A stretch of DNA of 64,000 nt from Octopus sinensis (Eukaryota). Both the position numbers and the translations under genes were made by a program. This document shows positions 40,001 to 52,387 of this stretch, in pieces. Within the stretch, counting starts at the first letter, position 1. Every line of letters begins with the position of its first letter. The stretch is from positions 1,736,001-1,800,000 of the forward strand of contig NC_043025.1 in assembly GCF_006345805.1 (NCBI RefSeq), in the 5' to 3' direction. Under the pieces are notes generated by a model. It ran no database searches and was not told the origin of the DNA. It was given only the letters and a program-made list of their open reading frames with translations.

Positions 40001-40114
40001 ATTAAAAATCTAAAATATAAAATTTAAAACAAATTAAAAGCTTATTTTTAAAATAAGAATACGATAATTAAAATAAAACTCCTTGTATTACATTACAAAT
40101 TAAACCAATCTAAG

Positions 40115-40183
<69 letters not shown>

Positions 40184-40479
40184 TGTATGTATAAAATTTA
40201 AAAAAAGCTTTATGAAAATGTAAGCTATAAATTATTCAAATCATAGGAGTAAGAAATAAATTAAGAACATTTTATCTAATGAATACTTATATTGATTAAT
40301 TAAACTAGAATAAATATATCTAAATCTAAAAAATAACAATGGAAGGAGTTTACCTTTGAAAAACCTAACCTAAAATAATAGCAACGTAGAAATCCAAAAA
40401 CAAATGAGAGAAGAACCTACTTAAATAGTAAATGCAAAGGATGAAACTGTGATTATCAAACTCTCAATAAACAGTTTAT

Positions 40480-41400
40480 CAAATTAAACAAAATGAGGCA
40501 TCCTTAAAAGACCTGTTTATGTAGAAATGTTTAAACACATTCATTCCAATGAACACTAAAAATCCTCTTTCTGATTTTGAATTTAACAGCTTTCTTCTAG
40601 AAAATAAAATCAAAAATAATTCTTCAAAACAAAACGAACAGAACCGATTGGCAGTCTTATGGGCCGGAGCCGTCCCTAAAATGTTCCATTCAATAAAAAA
40701 CAAATTTTTATGATCTTTAACATTCCAGATGAAATTGCTAAGACTAATAGAAGCTTTATTTCTGATCCTTAAAGAAAGGTAATGGTTTGAAACCTTGTTT
40801 CTTAATATCATTAGCAGAAGAACCAATATAAATGTAAAGATTACCCCCAGAAATGACTTCAGCTTCATAAACTGCTTCTTTACGTTTACAAAAATTTATA
40901 ATTGAACTTTTTCTTTGTTCCCACAATCATGAAGAGAATCTCCACCCCTACTCAAGCCTTCGACAATTGAATTACTATTAAGCAAATAGTTACCCTCCTC
41001 ATTATTACTAAAACTCAGATTTGACTCAAAACCATCGCTACCATCCTGGCTAAGGGAAAAATCAATAACATTAGCATCCATCGAATCGAACTCGTTGATA
41101 TTAATTGAGCTAACACGATGATAAATAAGAACAGATAATTTCTTCTCATTCATAGAAGAAACAATTTGAGTTAAACTCCGAGAAACCGAAAATGCAACCT
41201 TAAGGGTTTTCGGGTTTAAAATTTCATAGTATCTACTTTTTTATTAAAATCTTTCAAAAACAATTTATAAACAGCTCCAACTAAGTTATTTTTTAAATTG
41301 TCCAGCAAAGGGAATAATACACCGTATAATGTTATCCTTGTCCAAAACTAAATTAGAATGACCTAAATTATTAACCCTATAGACTAACTTAGAATTGTTA
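40480..41400 (-). mobile_element. Second PLE fragment, tandem with the preceding one
   Basis: ORF 40479-40868: SLSNFIWNVKD..IEWNIL..A..HKTANRFCSFCFEE..LLNSKSE; the 5' extent is approximate. Confidence 0.75.
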
Positions 41401-41709
41401 CTTTTAGCATGTGATTGCATTTATATTTATGAACATTAGTAACTGGGGTAAATTGCTATAGCTATATGCATAGGTATACGTATAAACACTTCAATCTATC
41501 TATCTTTATATCTATATTTACTTCAATCTATATTTCTTTACATCTATATATGTGTGTGTGTAAACGTTGAACAATAAGAATGTTGTGTCTATCATTCCTT
41601 GAACGTGTTGGTTGTCATTCCAATATATGTCTTCGTTACTCTTTTGGAGTTCATGATGTCGACATTGTATACACGTTCTTTTCCAGATATCTGCCATTTA
41701 GCGGAGAGC

Positions 41710-41960
41710 GGTTCAGCGATCTATCGTTACTTATTTAATTATTGCTCACAAGGGGCTAAACGCAGTGGGGACAGACAAGTACAGACAAACGGATTAAGTA
41801 GATTACATCGAGCCCAGTGCGTGACTGGTACTTAATTTATCGAACCCGAAAGGACGAAAGGCAAAGTCGACCTCGGCGGAATTTGAACTCAAAACGTAAA
41901 GGCAGACGAAATAATGCTAAGCGTTTCGCTCGGCGTGCTAACACTTCAACCAGCTTGCCG
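41710..41960 (-). mobile_element. tRNA-derived SINE
   Basis: Reverse complement: gagttcaaattccgccgaggtcgactttgcctttcgtcctttcggg...aagtaccagtcacgcactggg. Confidence 0.8.
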
Positions 41961-42187
41961 CCTTACCTATAGTTATTGTCTCTTTCAAGGATATATAAAC
42001 ATGTATATATACGGGTATACACGCGCGCACACATACACAAGCACATACACACCCCATATATATATATATATATGCATATATATGTATATATATATATATA
42101 TACATACATATATATATGTATATAAATATATGCATACATACACACACACACATATATATATATATACATATATATAATATATATATA

Positions 42188-42237
<50 letters not shown>

Positions 42238-42240
42238 TAT

Positions 42241-44190
42241 TAAATTAGAGATAAAACCACTATTAGGCAAAACATACAATGAAAAACTTAAGCCAATACA
42301 TAAGATTATTTAATTTATATTATTTAAAAATATCAAATTATTAAAAAAATATAATTAATACAACACTACGATCGTTTCATGGCTGTTAGTTTCTTTAAAC
42401 GTTCAAGTTACAGTCATTCATCAGGTGGTTTAGATATCTAAAATATAATCAATATTTTTAAGATATAAATAATATATATAATATAATAATTTTACTTATA
42501 ATAAACTCTATTATCAAATATGATTATATCCAAATCGACTATAATGTTAAATATTAATTTTAATTTATAAGGTAGTAAACCCATAATCTAATATTAATAT
42601 TAGTCTATATCTAATTACATAAATATTTAAAATGACTAATATATATAAATTATCAATGAAAATATATATATAAATATTATAATCAAGATCTAAAATAATC
42701 TCTATAAATAAATGTATATAATAAAAACCTAAGAAATTTAATTTTTCATAATTAAAGATGAAATAGCTAATTTCAAAATAGAAATAAACTAACTTAAACA
42801 GACTTTCAGAAATTTTATGTAAAATACTTTTAGAAATAATCAACTCTTAGTAATATAGTATCGAATAAATAATATAAGTACTATAAATATAATTATGAAT
42901 GGGAATAATTATCTAATATAAATTTAAAGAGATAACTAAGTTATGCTATTAAATTAGACATAGCCTAGACCAATCTTTAGTCGAAACATATCTAAGTTTA
43001 TCAAAGTTTATCTAATTTAATTATAAATTTAAAACTACAATTAATACTATTAAAACATGTATATACAAAGCCTAACTTAATACACCTAGTATACTTGCTA
43101 TCAAATAATAAATCTATCACTAAAAAGTATCTTACGAATAAACTTAAATTTAATATCTAATAATATAGAAAATTACGATAATTAGATCATTACATAAACA
43201 ACGATATTTACATAAGGAGAATATTATTACTCTAAAGGCTTATACAACATTAAAATTTACAATTTGGGGATCTTAAATTTATACATACTTAACTTGGCGA
43301 GGTTTAGTCAATGAAGTAAAATTTTGAATCAAAAAACGTATTTTACAGCGTTTATAATGATACTCATGGAATTACGTTATTAGCAAAAGAAAAAAGAATA
43401 AATTGTTGAAGAATTCATTACGCGTGAGGAACCTACGTTTATTAAAGATTATGAATGGAAAATTATATGTTTATCGTTGTAAAAAGAATGAATTCACAAA
43501 TAAAGAATAAAATCTCTCTATACTATAATATTTATTAATAAAATAACTATGATAAATGAAACATAATACAAAATAAATTAAATGATTAAAAACCACTTAT
43601 TATTAAATATATTCTAAACATCTTATAAGATTAATAAATACATAAAAATTAATTTATATAGTAACCCCTCTACATACTATAAATATTTTCCCATGCACTT
43701 ATAATTATAAGCTAAAATTAGTGATCATAACAAATCTATAAATACTTATCAAAAATTGTAGTATAACTATACATACGTATAAATAAATATATAAGAAAAT
43801 ATACATACATATACATATATATATACATATATATATACATATAAATACATATACATCTATACATACATATACATATACATACACATATACACATACATAC
43901 ACACATACATTCATATACCTATATACACACATATATAAACACACTTACACCCATACACATATGCACACTCATACATACATGTACATACATACAATACTTA
44001 ATATATACACTTACACCAATATATACACACCCACACACATACATATAAATAAATGTATATACACACATCATCATATACACATATATACATACATACACAT
44101 CCACATATATTATAAATAAATAGAAATATAAATGTCTATAATCAAACTACAATACCTAATAGTGGTTTTATCTCTAATTTAATATAATAT
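42241..44190. mobile_element. About 1.9-kb extremely AT-rich element bounded by inverted aaattagagataaaaccactattagg termini; hammerhead near the left end
   Basis: Same termini as the 13551 and 60350 hairpins; the interior is too eroded to translate. Confidence 0.55.
42361..42430 (-). ncRNA. Type-I hammerhead ribozyme, canonical core, partly decayed stem I
   Basis: - strand: AACCAC CTGATGA ATGACTGT..ACAGCCAT GAAA CGATCG TA GTGTTG; homologous to 13652-13703. Confidence 0.65.
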
Positions 44191-44265
44191 AATATTTTAT
44201 ATAAAATTGGATTCAATCCTAAATCTGATTTTTCCCTGTAAGTTTGGATTTATTCCCTAATATTT

Positions 44266-44297
<32 letters not shown>

Positions 44298-44324
44298 TAT
44301 ATATTCCATATTGTTGAGAGAGGC

Positions 44325-44421
44325 TTCCTTTCTTTCCTGATGAGAAGATTGCATCTTATACCGTTTATTCCTTTGGAATAAAACCATGTTGTCTTCGAAA
44401 CATATGTCGAATATAAAGGAA
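44325..44421 (+). ncRNA. Type-I hammerhead ribozyme, canonical core
   Basis: TTC CTGATGA GAAGA..(TTTATTCC TTT GGAATAAA)..TCTTC GAAA CATATG TC GAA; palindromic stem III ACATATGT, GUC triplet; distal TTCCTTT/AAAGGAA pairing extends stem I. Confidence 0.8.
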
Positions 44422-44588
44422 TTTTATTAACATCTTCGTTCAACTCCATTTATTTATTTATTCATCTATAACACGCAAATTACTGCACATGAACCCAGAG
44501 TTTCTACCTTTGGATAGGTCGCTTCAACCGTGTTTCTGACTTGAATTTTCCATGTTGACGGTAAACATAGGATAATTCAGTTACCCAT

Positions 44589-44643
<55 letters not shown>

Positions 44644-44673
44644 ATAGTGTATATATATATATGTGTGTGTGTG

Positions 44674-44710
<37 letters not shown>

Positions 44711-44826
44711 AACACATACATACACGAATATACACATGAACATACACACACATTCACACTCTCGCGTGCTCGCACATAACCACACATACACACAGATACC
44801 TCCTTCTCTTACACTATCCTGTCTCC

Positions 44827-44863
44827 TGTTTCAGAAGAAGAGCTTTGCTCGAAACGTTAAACA
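44827..44863 (+). ncRNA. Minimal hammerhead-like motif, CAGAAGA (U4A) core
   Basis: TGTTT CAGAAGA AGAG CTTTG CTC GAAA CG TT AAACA; same family as 3060/7233. Confidence 0.45.
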
Positions 44864-44958
44864 ACCTTTCTTTCCTTCCCTGGGCGTACTTTAATACTTT
44901 GCATGTACAACGTCCTCAACCTGTTGCTTTTTCTTGTGTTTTTCCTTCGTCATTTTTG

Positions 44959-45008
<50 letters not shown>

Positions 45009-45074
45009 ACACATATATATAATATACATACATTACATACATACATATACATATATATATATATAATACATATG

Positions 45075-45114
<40 letters not shown>

Positions 45115-45164
45115 TATATGCATGTATGTATATGTATATGTATACGTACATACATACATAATGC

Positions 45165-45196
<32 letters not shown>

Positions 45197-45625
45197 ATGG
45201 GCTTCTTTTAGTTTCCATCAACAAAATTCACTCTCAAGGCTTTGGTCTGCTCGAGTCTATAAGAGATTCCACACAGTAGGACTGAACCCGGAACCATGTA
45301 TTTTAGAAGCAAATGAACTTTGTTCTACAAACACGGGACGGTTGTTTAGCCATCGTCAATGAGATGGATTACAATTTCTCAAAATAGATTACAAGCAACA
45401 TTCACAATGAAATAGATATATAAATAAATAAATAGTTATTGAGAAAGAAGAGACGTTTTTAGAGTCACGACAGAGTTATAAACGACGCAATTATTAAATA
45501 GTTGTAAGTTCCAGGTGTAACATTATTGGCTGACTGTGTTAACATCCTGCTTACGATAGGTATATAGGTAAAGTTTATATCGGCTATAGCTGTGTATGTG
45601 TGTGTGTCTACATAAACATCATTTC

Positions 45626-45661
<36 letters not shown>

Positions 45662-46269
45662 CTAATATATATATATATATATATATACACTCACAGAAAC
45701 ACACACACACACACACGCACACACACACATATCTGTATCGGCGAACAAGCAAAGCACTTATACTGAATATGTTTGTGTCCGAAAACGATTACATTAGCGC
45801 TGCTTCACATCCATATTTGAATTTATTCTTACTTAACCATCGTCGTGGCATACCAGCAAATGGTTTCTACACTATTTTCATATAGTCATAGACTGGCGAT
45901 TCACTTCAGTTCACGTACGTGATGTTCATAAATCATAAAAATGGCGAGACCTCAATGATCTTCGCCTGTTTATGACTTTCAAGGGTTCTAACAATCGGTA
46001 CTTTGAGAGAGATGACTCCAGCGCATCACATGGCAGCCTAACAGTGAACAAGCATGGCACATACATTGTGAATTTGTATTCGATATTGTTTGATGATATG
46101 TGGCGACTACAGTTCGGAGCAGTAATCCGGGTGATTAAATGCTCTCAGAATCCCCCCAGCTGCTCACTAGCACAATGCTACCATCCTGGTAGTATGCACA
46201 TGGAATGTTGCATCATTCCTCATGTGGATTCCCAGGTCACGCACCAACTCTGGTCCTGAGCATTTCGAT

Positions 46270-47600
46270 TGTAGTCTGTTTGTTGGCCGATTGTGGAGTG
46301 ACTGAAACTTCTCAACATTGAACTGCATGAATCCTGAAGTCAACTTAGGGATCCTTTTTATGAGTCACCCACAGAAGTTCTTGGAATTTCATGCCGCAAA
46401 AATCGAATCAGTCTGATGAAAATGATGAGGTTATAAATGAACAACTTCAAGAATTGTATAGTCTTCACAAAGAATGGCCTGAAGAAAGGAACACTGCTGG
46501 AAAGAAAAGTCTGCCAATTTATATTTTGATAGATAAACTGAGAGAGCTTATCGTCCGAATGTGGCAAATAGGAACTGTTCCTCAACAATTTAAAGACTGT
46601 CCATCTATATAAGTATAAATGTAATAAGTGTGGATGTGACAATCATCGCGGAATGTCTCTGCTTTCTTTTGCTGGAAAAACTCCCTTTCTAGAGACACTT
46701 TAAACAGAATTAACCCTAATGTACTTTGTTCTGTCCCTTCTGAGAGTCTGTGTGGGTTTAGTTGATGTCAATGGACAGTATGATATGATATTCAGGTTGC
46801 GATAATTCCGCTGACCCGGGAGCGCAATGAAGACTTCTTTGTGGTATTTGTTGACCTTACAAAAGCCTGTAACTCTATATGTCAACAGGCTTTGTGGAAA
46901 ATATGAGCAAACCTTAGGATTCTCGAGCAAATGCTAAATATCATAGCGTCCCTACATAAAAATATGAAGGCATCTGTTCTCTCAAACTGTTGCCAGGCTC
47001 AGTCTTTGACGCTAAAAATGGTACAAAACAAGGCTGAGTTTTGGTACCATTATTATTTGCATTATTTTTTGCAGTAACATTAAGTGGTGCCTTTAATGAG
47101 ATGTAGAACATGTTTCTTGAATAGGGGACAGTGGGTTGTATCTTTAACGCACAGCACTTCAAAGCAAGGACTAAAATTGCATCTCAGACAATTACAGACT
47201 TACTCTTTGCAGATGATTGTGCCCTAGTTGCTTATACTCTCACGGACATCCAACACATCATTAATAGTTTTGCAACAGGAACCACATCTTTTGCCGTAAA
47301 TATCAGCATAAAAATGATTTAACTGTTGTATCAGTCAGATCCTAGTAACAATCTAGAAATATTGCCCAACGTGTTTATTGAAGGCAAAGCTCTGAAAACA
47401 GTTGGTGTTTTTACATATTCGGGTTCTATAGTAACAAAGGACAGGGAGGCCCAAACTCCAGTACAGCTTCTGGAGGCCTTTTGATTGACTTTGGAGTGCC
47501 CCCATGAGGCCTCAGTCATAACGAAAATAAACGTATAAAAGTCAGTTGTTCTAAAAACTCTTTTATACGAAGCAAAGACCTGAACACTTTGTCGTAAGCG
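46270..47600 (+). mobile_element. Decayed RTE LINE fragment (RT)
   Basis: LRELIVRMWQIGTVPQQFKD, CDNHRGMSLLSFAGK, FVDLTKA, DLLFADDCALVA in shifting frames. Confidence 0.8.
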
Positions 47601-47603
47601 AAC

Positions 47604-48009
47604 GACCTGGAACCTTGCCGTAGCAGACTTCCACAATTTCACGTTGGCTTTTCGTTCTTGTTCTTGATAAAATCGCAGACTGCAGAATGCATATGATCAC
47701 AAAAGCTTGTGCTACTATCTGTTGGTGCAGTACGGAGCTAGTCTTGGAGCTTTTTGAGACCGGCTGGTATTTGTCTTTAAAGATCTCATATGAAAGCTGT
47801 TCAGTCAACTGAACAGCTTTCATATGAGATCTTTAAAGACAAAAACCAGCCGGTCTCAAAAAGCTCCAGGACTAGCTCTGTACTGCACCAACAGATAGTA
47901 GCACAAGCTTTTGTGATCATATGCATTCTGCAGTCTGCGATTTTATCAAGAACAAGAACGAAAAGCCAACGTGAAATTGTGGAAGTCTGCTACGGCAAGG
48001 TTCCAGGTC
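47604..48009. repeat. Near-perfect 406-bp palindrome (about 202-bp arms, 2-nt spacer) including a mariner-like 5' end
   Basis: Centre gttcagt-ca-actgaac at 47806/47807; no indels and about 3 mismatches by eye. Confidence 0.92.
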
Positions 48010-48530
48010 CTTCGCAATGTTCAAAAGCGGAAGAACGTCCCTAGAAGTCGATGTGTAATCTTGAAGACGATGAGCGATCTGGAAGGCCTGGCACAAGCAT
48101 CACCCTGGGAAATGTAGTATTGGGCATCAAGAATTCGTGCCCCGGGGCCAGACTGTCAGTCGAGAATTCTACTGCAATATTTTGAAGAGTTTTTGAAAGA
48201 AGACATTCGGCGAAAGCGTCCGGATCTGTGGAGCGCGAAGAAGTGGATTCTTCACGATGACAATGATCTCTATCGCCGAGTTCTCCTCACTCGTGATTTT
48301 CTTGCCAAAAGCAACATGGTATCGCTTCCACTCTCGACCTATTCGCCAGATTTAGCACATGCTGACTTCCATCTCTTCCGCAAGATGTAAATATTGTTCA
48401 AAGGTCGCCGTTTAAACACCGTTGTCGAAATGAAAAGCGAATCGCAGAAGATCCTCGACTCGTTTATGGAAAATGACACGCAACACGGATTCCAAATGTG
48501 GCAGGGACACTGAGACGGATGCATTGCTGA
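47850..48530 (+). mobile_element. Mariner relic, internally deleted
   Basis: Mariner-like N-terminal region (...ANVK.../KSAT), then WILHDDN...YSPDLAHADFHLF...KGRRL...GFQMWQ. Confidence 0.8.
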
Positions 48531-49406
48531 ACATGTCGACTACGTCGAAGGATGTTCGAACTTAGGTAAAGAAATTATCTTTTATTAAACATAGCTACTC
48601 CACTGTGTGATATGGTGGGCTTTGAGAAAGCGAGGAGTAGACGAGTGACTTGTGAAAGCTGCACAGGCCATGTGTAGAGTTTCTGTCAGTAAGATGAGAG
48701 TTAACAATGGGTATAGTTATGAATTTAGTATTCTGGTAGGCGTTCATCAGGGTTAGGCTCTCAGTCCCCACCTATTCATCGTTGTTCTCCAGGCTATAAA
48801 AGGAATTTGAGACCAGCTGCCCCTGGGAACTGCTAAACGCTGATGGTCTTACTGTCATGGAAGATTCTGTAACAGAATTAGAAAAGAAATTCTAGTTGGA
48901 ATCAAAGGGTCTCAAATTTATGTTTCTAGTAGACAAAAACACAGACATGGTCCTAATTCCATCGTAAATGTAGACAGGAATTGCGTTCAATGAAACCTGT
49001 GTAAGTTATGGACACACATGAGGTGCAGTAAGATAATATAAAGTTTAGAAGAGAAAGTAGTTCTAGTATGTGGAAGATGCACAGGAGTCATAAACACTAC
49101 AGATACTCAGGAAATGGATTTTCTCATACGCCCCCGGAAGCCCTTTAGAGCTAGTGAATAATTTCTGCTACCTAAGGGGCCCAATTAGTAATGGGGGATA
49201 ATGTATGGAAAGTGTAATTGCTAGAAAAAGAATAGGATAGTGAAAACTTAGAGGAACTTTACCTCTTGGCAACCAAAAGTTTCTCTCTCCGAGTGAAAGG
49301 ACGATTCTATGATGTATATATACAAACAGCAATGCTATACGCTAGAGAGACGTGAGACATGCAAAGGTGGGGGGAATGAAGCCAGTATATATGTATGTAT
49401 ATACAT

Positions 49407-49470
<64 letters not shown>

Positions 49471-49820
49471 GTATATATATATTATATATATATATATATA
49501 TATAAGCTTATATATATTTATATACATATATATCTGTAAAATAATATGTCACAATTATTCAATAGCCTAGAACAAAACGCTGAGTTTCGGATGCCGAGGT
49601 GGAAATCCACAAAATCCATGACAGAGATATAGAAAGAACATAGAATATAGATGGCCAGATATCCGAAGAAATGGTGTTGTGTATTTCCACCTTGGCATCC
49701 AAACTTCAGAGTTTTATTTTGGCTACCGAATAATTGCCACATATTATTTTACAGATAAATTTCCTCTATTTACATCATATTGAGGTCTCTTTCTTCCTTT
49801 TGTTATCTTACCGTTTTTGC

Positions 49821-49909
<89 letters not shown>

Positions 49910-50077
49910 TAATATATATATATTATATATATTAATATATATATATATGCATATACATACATATACATATGTATACATGTATATATATATATATAATATA
50001 TATATATATTATATATATATTATATATATTAATTATATATATATATGCATATACATACATATACATATGTATACATG

Positions 50078-50161
<84 letters not shown>

Positions 50162-50236
50162 TAATATATATATTATATATATATATATATTATATATATA
50201 TATATGCATATACATACATATACATATGTATACATG

Positions 50237-50292
<56 letters not shown>

Positions 50293-50600
50293 CATACATA
50301 TAAATATCCATATATATATATATACATGTAAGCATGTACCTATATTTATATATGTTATTTTATATTTATACATGTTATTCGTTTTTACACTTTTTTCTCA
50401 TGCTGCTTTGCTAGCAGGGGTTAGATGGATACATCATTAAGGCATAGTTTGAAGTTTGATCCCTTCCTAACACGAACCTTTATCTGGTGCTCAAGCAAGG
50501 GATCACTTCTGTCAAAGGTCCTTTTGCTAATAATTAAGATAATAAGAACATCATTATTCTGAGCTGGATAATTTTCAGAGATACAAAACGTAAACAAACT

Positions 50601-50652
<52 letters not shown>

Positions 50653-51689
50653 CAGGTATAAACACAGGTACGTGTGTGTGTGTGTGTGTGTGTGTGCCTA
50701 TATACCCTTGCCCAGTGTGCCACGCCTTGGTACTGAACTAAAAACTACCTACAACACATCTGCAATACATATACGCACATATATACATACGTGGGTGTGT
50801 TTGTAAGCCATATTTATTAAACAATTGTCCAAATTATATTAATAGTTTTAACGATATATTTTATAAAACTCTATAGTGTCACTTGTTGGTGGTGTGGTTC
50901 AGAATAGAATCGAAAGAGACGAGATCAAATCAAAGATGAATCCTGAAAGGTTTATTGCACATGAACCATTTTCTATCGATTCTTTTATTACCTTCACCAA
51001 ATTTCTCTTCTTTTATGGAATAAATATCTTTTTTAATTCCTCTCTTGTGTTCTTTCTATATTTCTGTCATGCCAGGAATGATCTAGAAGACGGATGACCT
51101 GAAGAACAAATAATTTTTACTTGTCTTCCAAATTTCATGCTTTAATATTTGCTTCAAGATTTGGCACAAGGCCAGGAATTCGGAGGAAGGTGGTCAAGTC
51201 GTTTACCTCGACCCCAGTACATGACTGGTACTTATTCCATCCAAAAGTATGAAAGGCAAAGTGAAGCCTGACAGCATTTGATCCCATTATGTAAAGTCGG
51301 ATGAAATGCCATTAAGCATTTTGTCCGGCAGCCTAAAAATTCTATCAACTCAAGCTTTAATATTGTTGTAAATCTTGTGTCTGAAGTTTACTTCAAGGAT
51401 TAAGTATTTTGTATCTTAATCCGTTCTATAAATAAATAAATAATCATCTCATACTATGTGATGGATCCTTCATTATAAAATATATTTTGATGATATAATA
51501 TTTTTGGGAATTAAAATCTTTATTGATCTCATCTTCTGATATGTTGAGCAAACTTCATTCTTTGATGATGCTTTCTGACACTGACTAACATGAAGAAATA
51601 ACCGAAAAGCATATGTGTGTGTTTTGAAAATATGGAACCATAGTGGTGGTCACAGAATGGGAAATGATATCGAAATTGATTAAGCATTT

Positions 51690-51751
51690 GGTTGTTTATA
51701 ACTGTTTCCATCACTTCTAAGTTCTTGGAATGTGTTGTTGAGAAGCTCCAG
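51690..51751 (+). other. 3' end of a putative 5'UTR exon of paralogue B
   Basis: CTCCAG|GTAAGT donor at 51751/51752, mirrored at 654. Confidence 0.35.
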
Positions 51752-52303
51752 GTAAGTTCTGATCAAACACACCTGTAATCAGTGAGTTGAATAACAAGGT
51801 ATTATCCATAGGCCCTCAGCTCAAAGGGTACTGTATTTACACCTCTCTGAGGAATGATCTATAGCGCAAGGTATACAGTGTCTCCACCTAACAGAGATTT
51901 GATCCACAGATCTATAGCTCCAGACATACATTGTCTCCATCTTGCTGAGGTATGATCCACAAACCCAAGCTCAAGATGAACAGTGTCTCCACCTGGCTGA
52001 CCAACAGACTGTACATTCCAATATTCAGGGTTTAATTGTCACCAATCAGACTGTAATAAGCAGAGTAATGTAGCTGACCAAGAGACACAACACAATGACT
52101 GTTGTTAGGTTTATTAGTGCCAGGAAGAACATCCAGATGTAATTAATACTTTAGATAAATTGAAGCTTCCAATATTTGTAATATTTTATGTGAGATGTTA
52201 GAACCATCAAACTTCTCTGTATATTGTTGTTCACCTCATTTTATAAGTTTTTCCTAAGTCTATCTTTGTTTCTTCTTTTGCTAGTAAATCCCATTTAAGA
52301 GAC

Positions 52304-52387
52304 ATGGCAGATTATGAGAGTTTGAGCAAAATTATATCCGGTGATGAATACCATATTAAAAAATTTGTTAAAGACGATAAACAGGAA
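52304..52387 (+). CDS. First coding exon of ankyrin-repeat gene B (MADYESLSKIISGDEYHIKKFVKDDKQE)
   Basis: Acceptor ttcttttgctag (exon begins at 52285), ATG at 52304, phase-0 donor GTAAGT at 52388; splices in frame to 58351. Confidence 0.75.
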
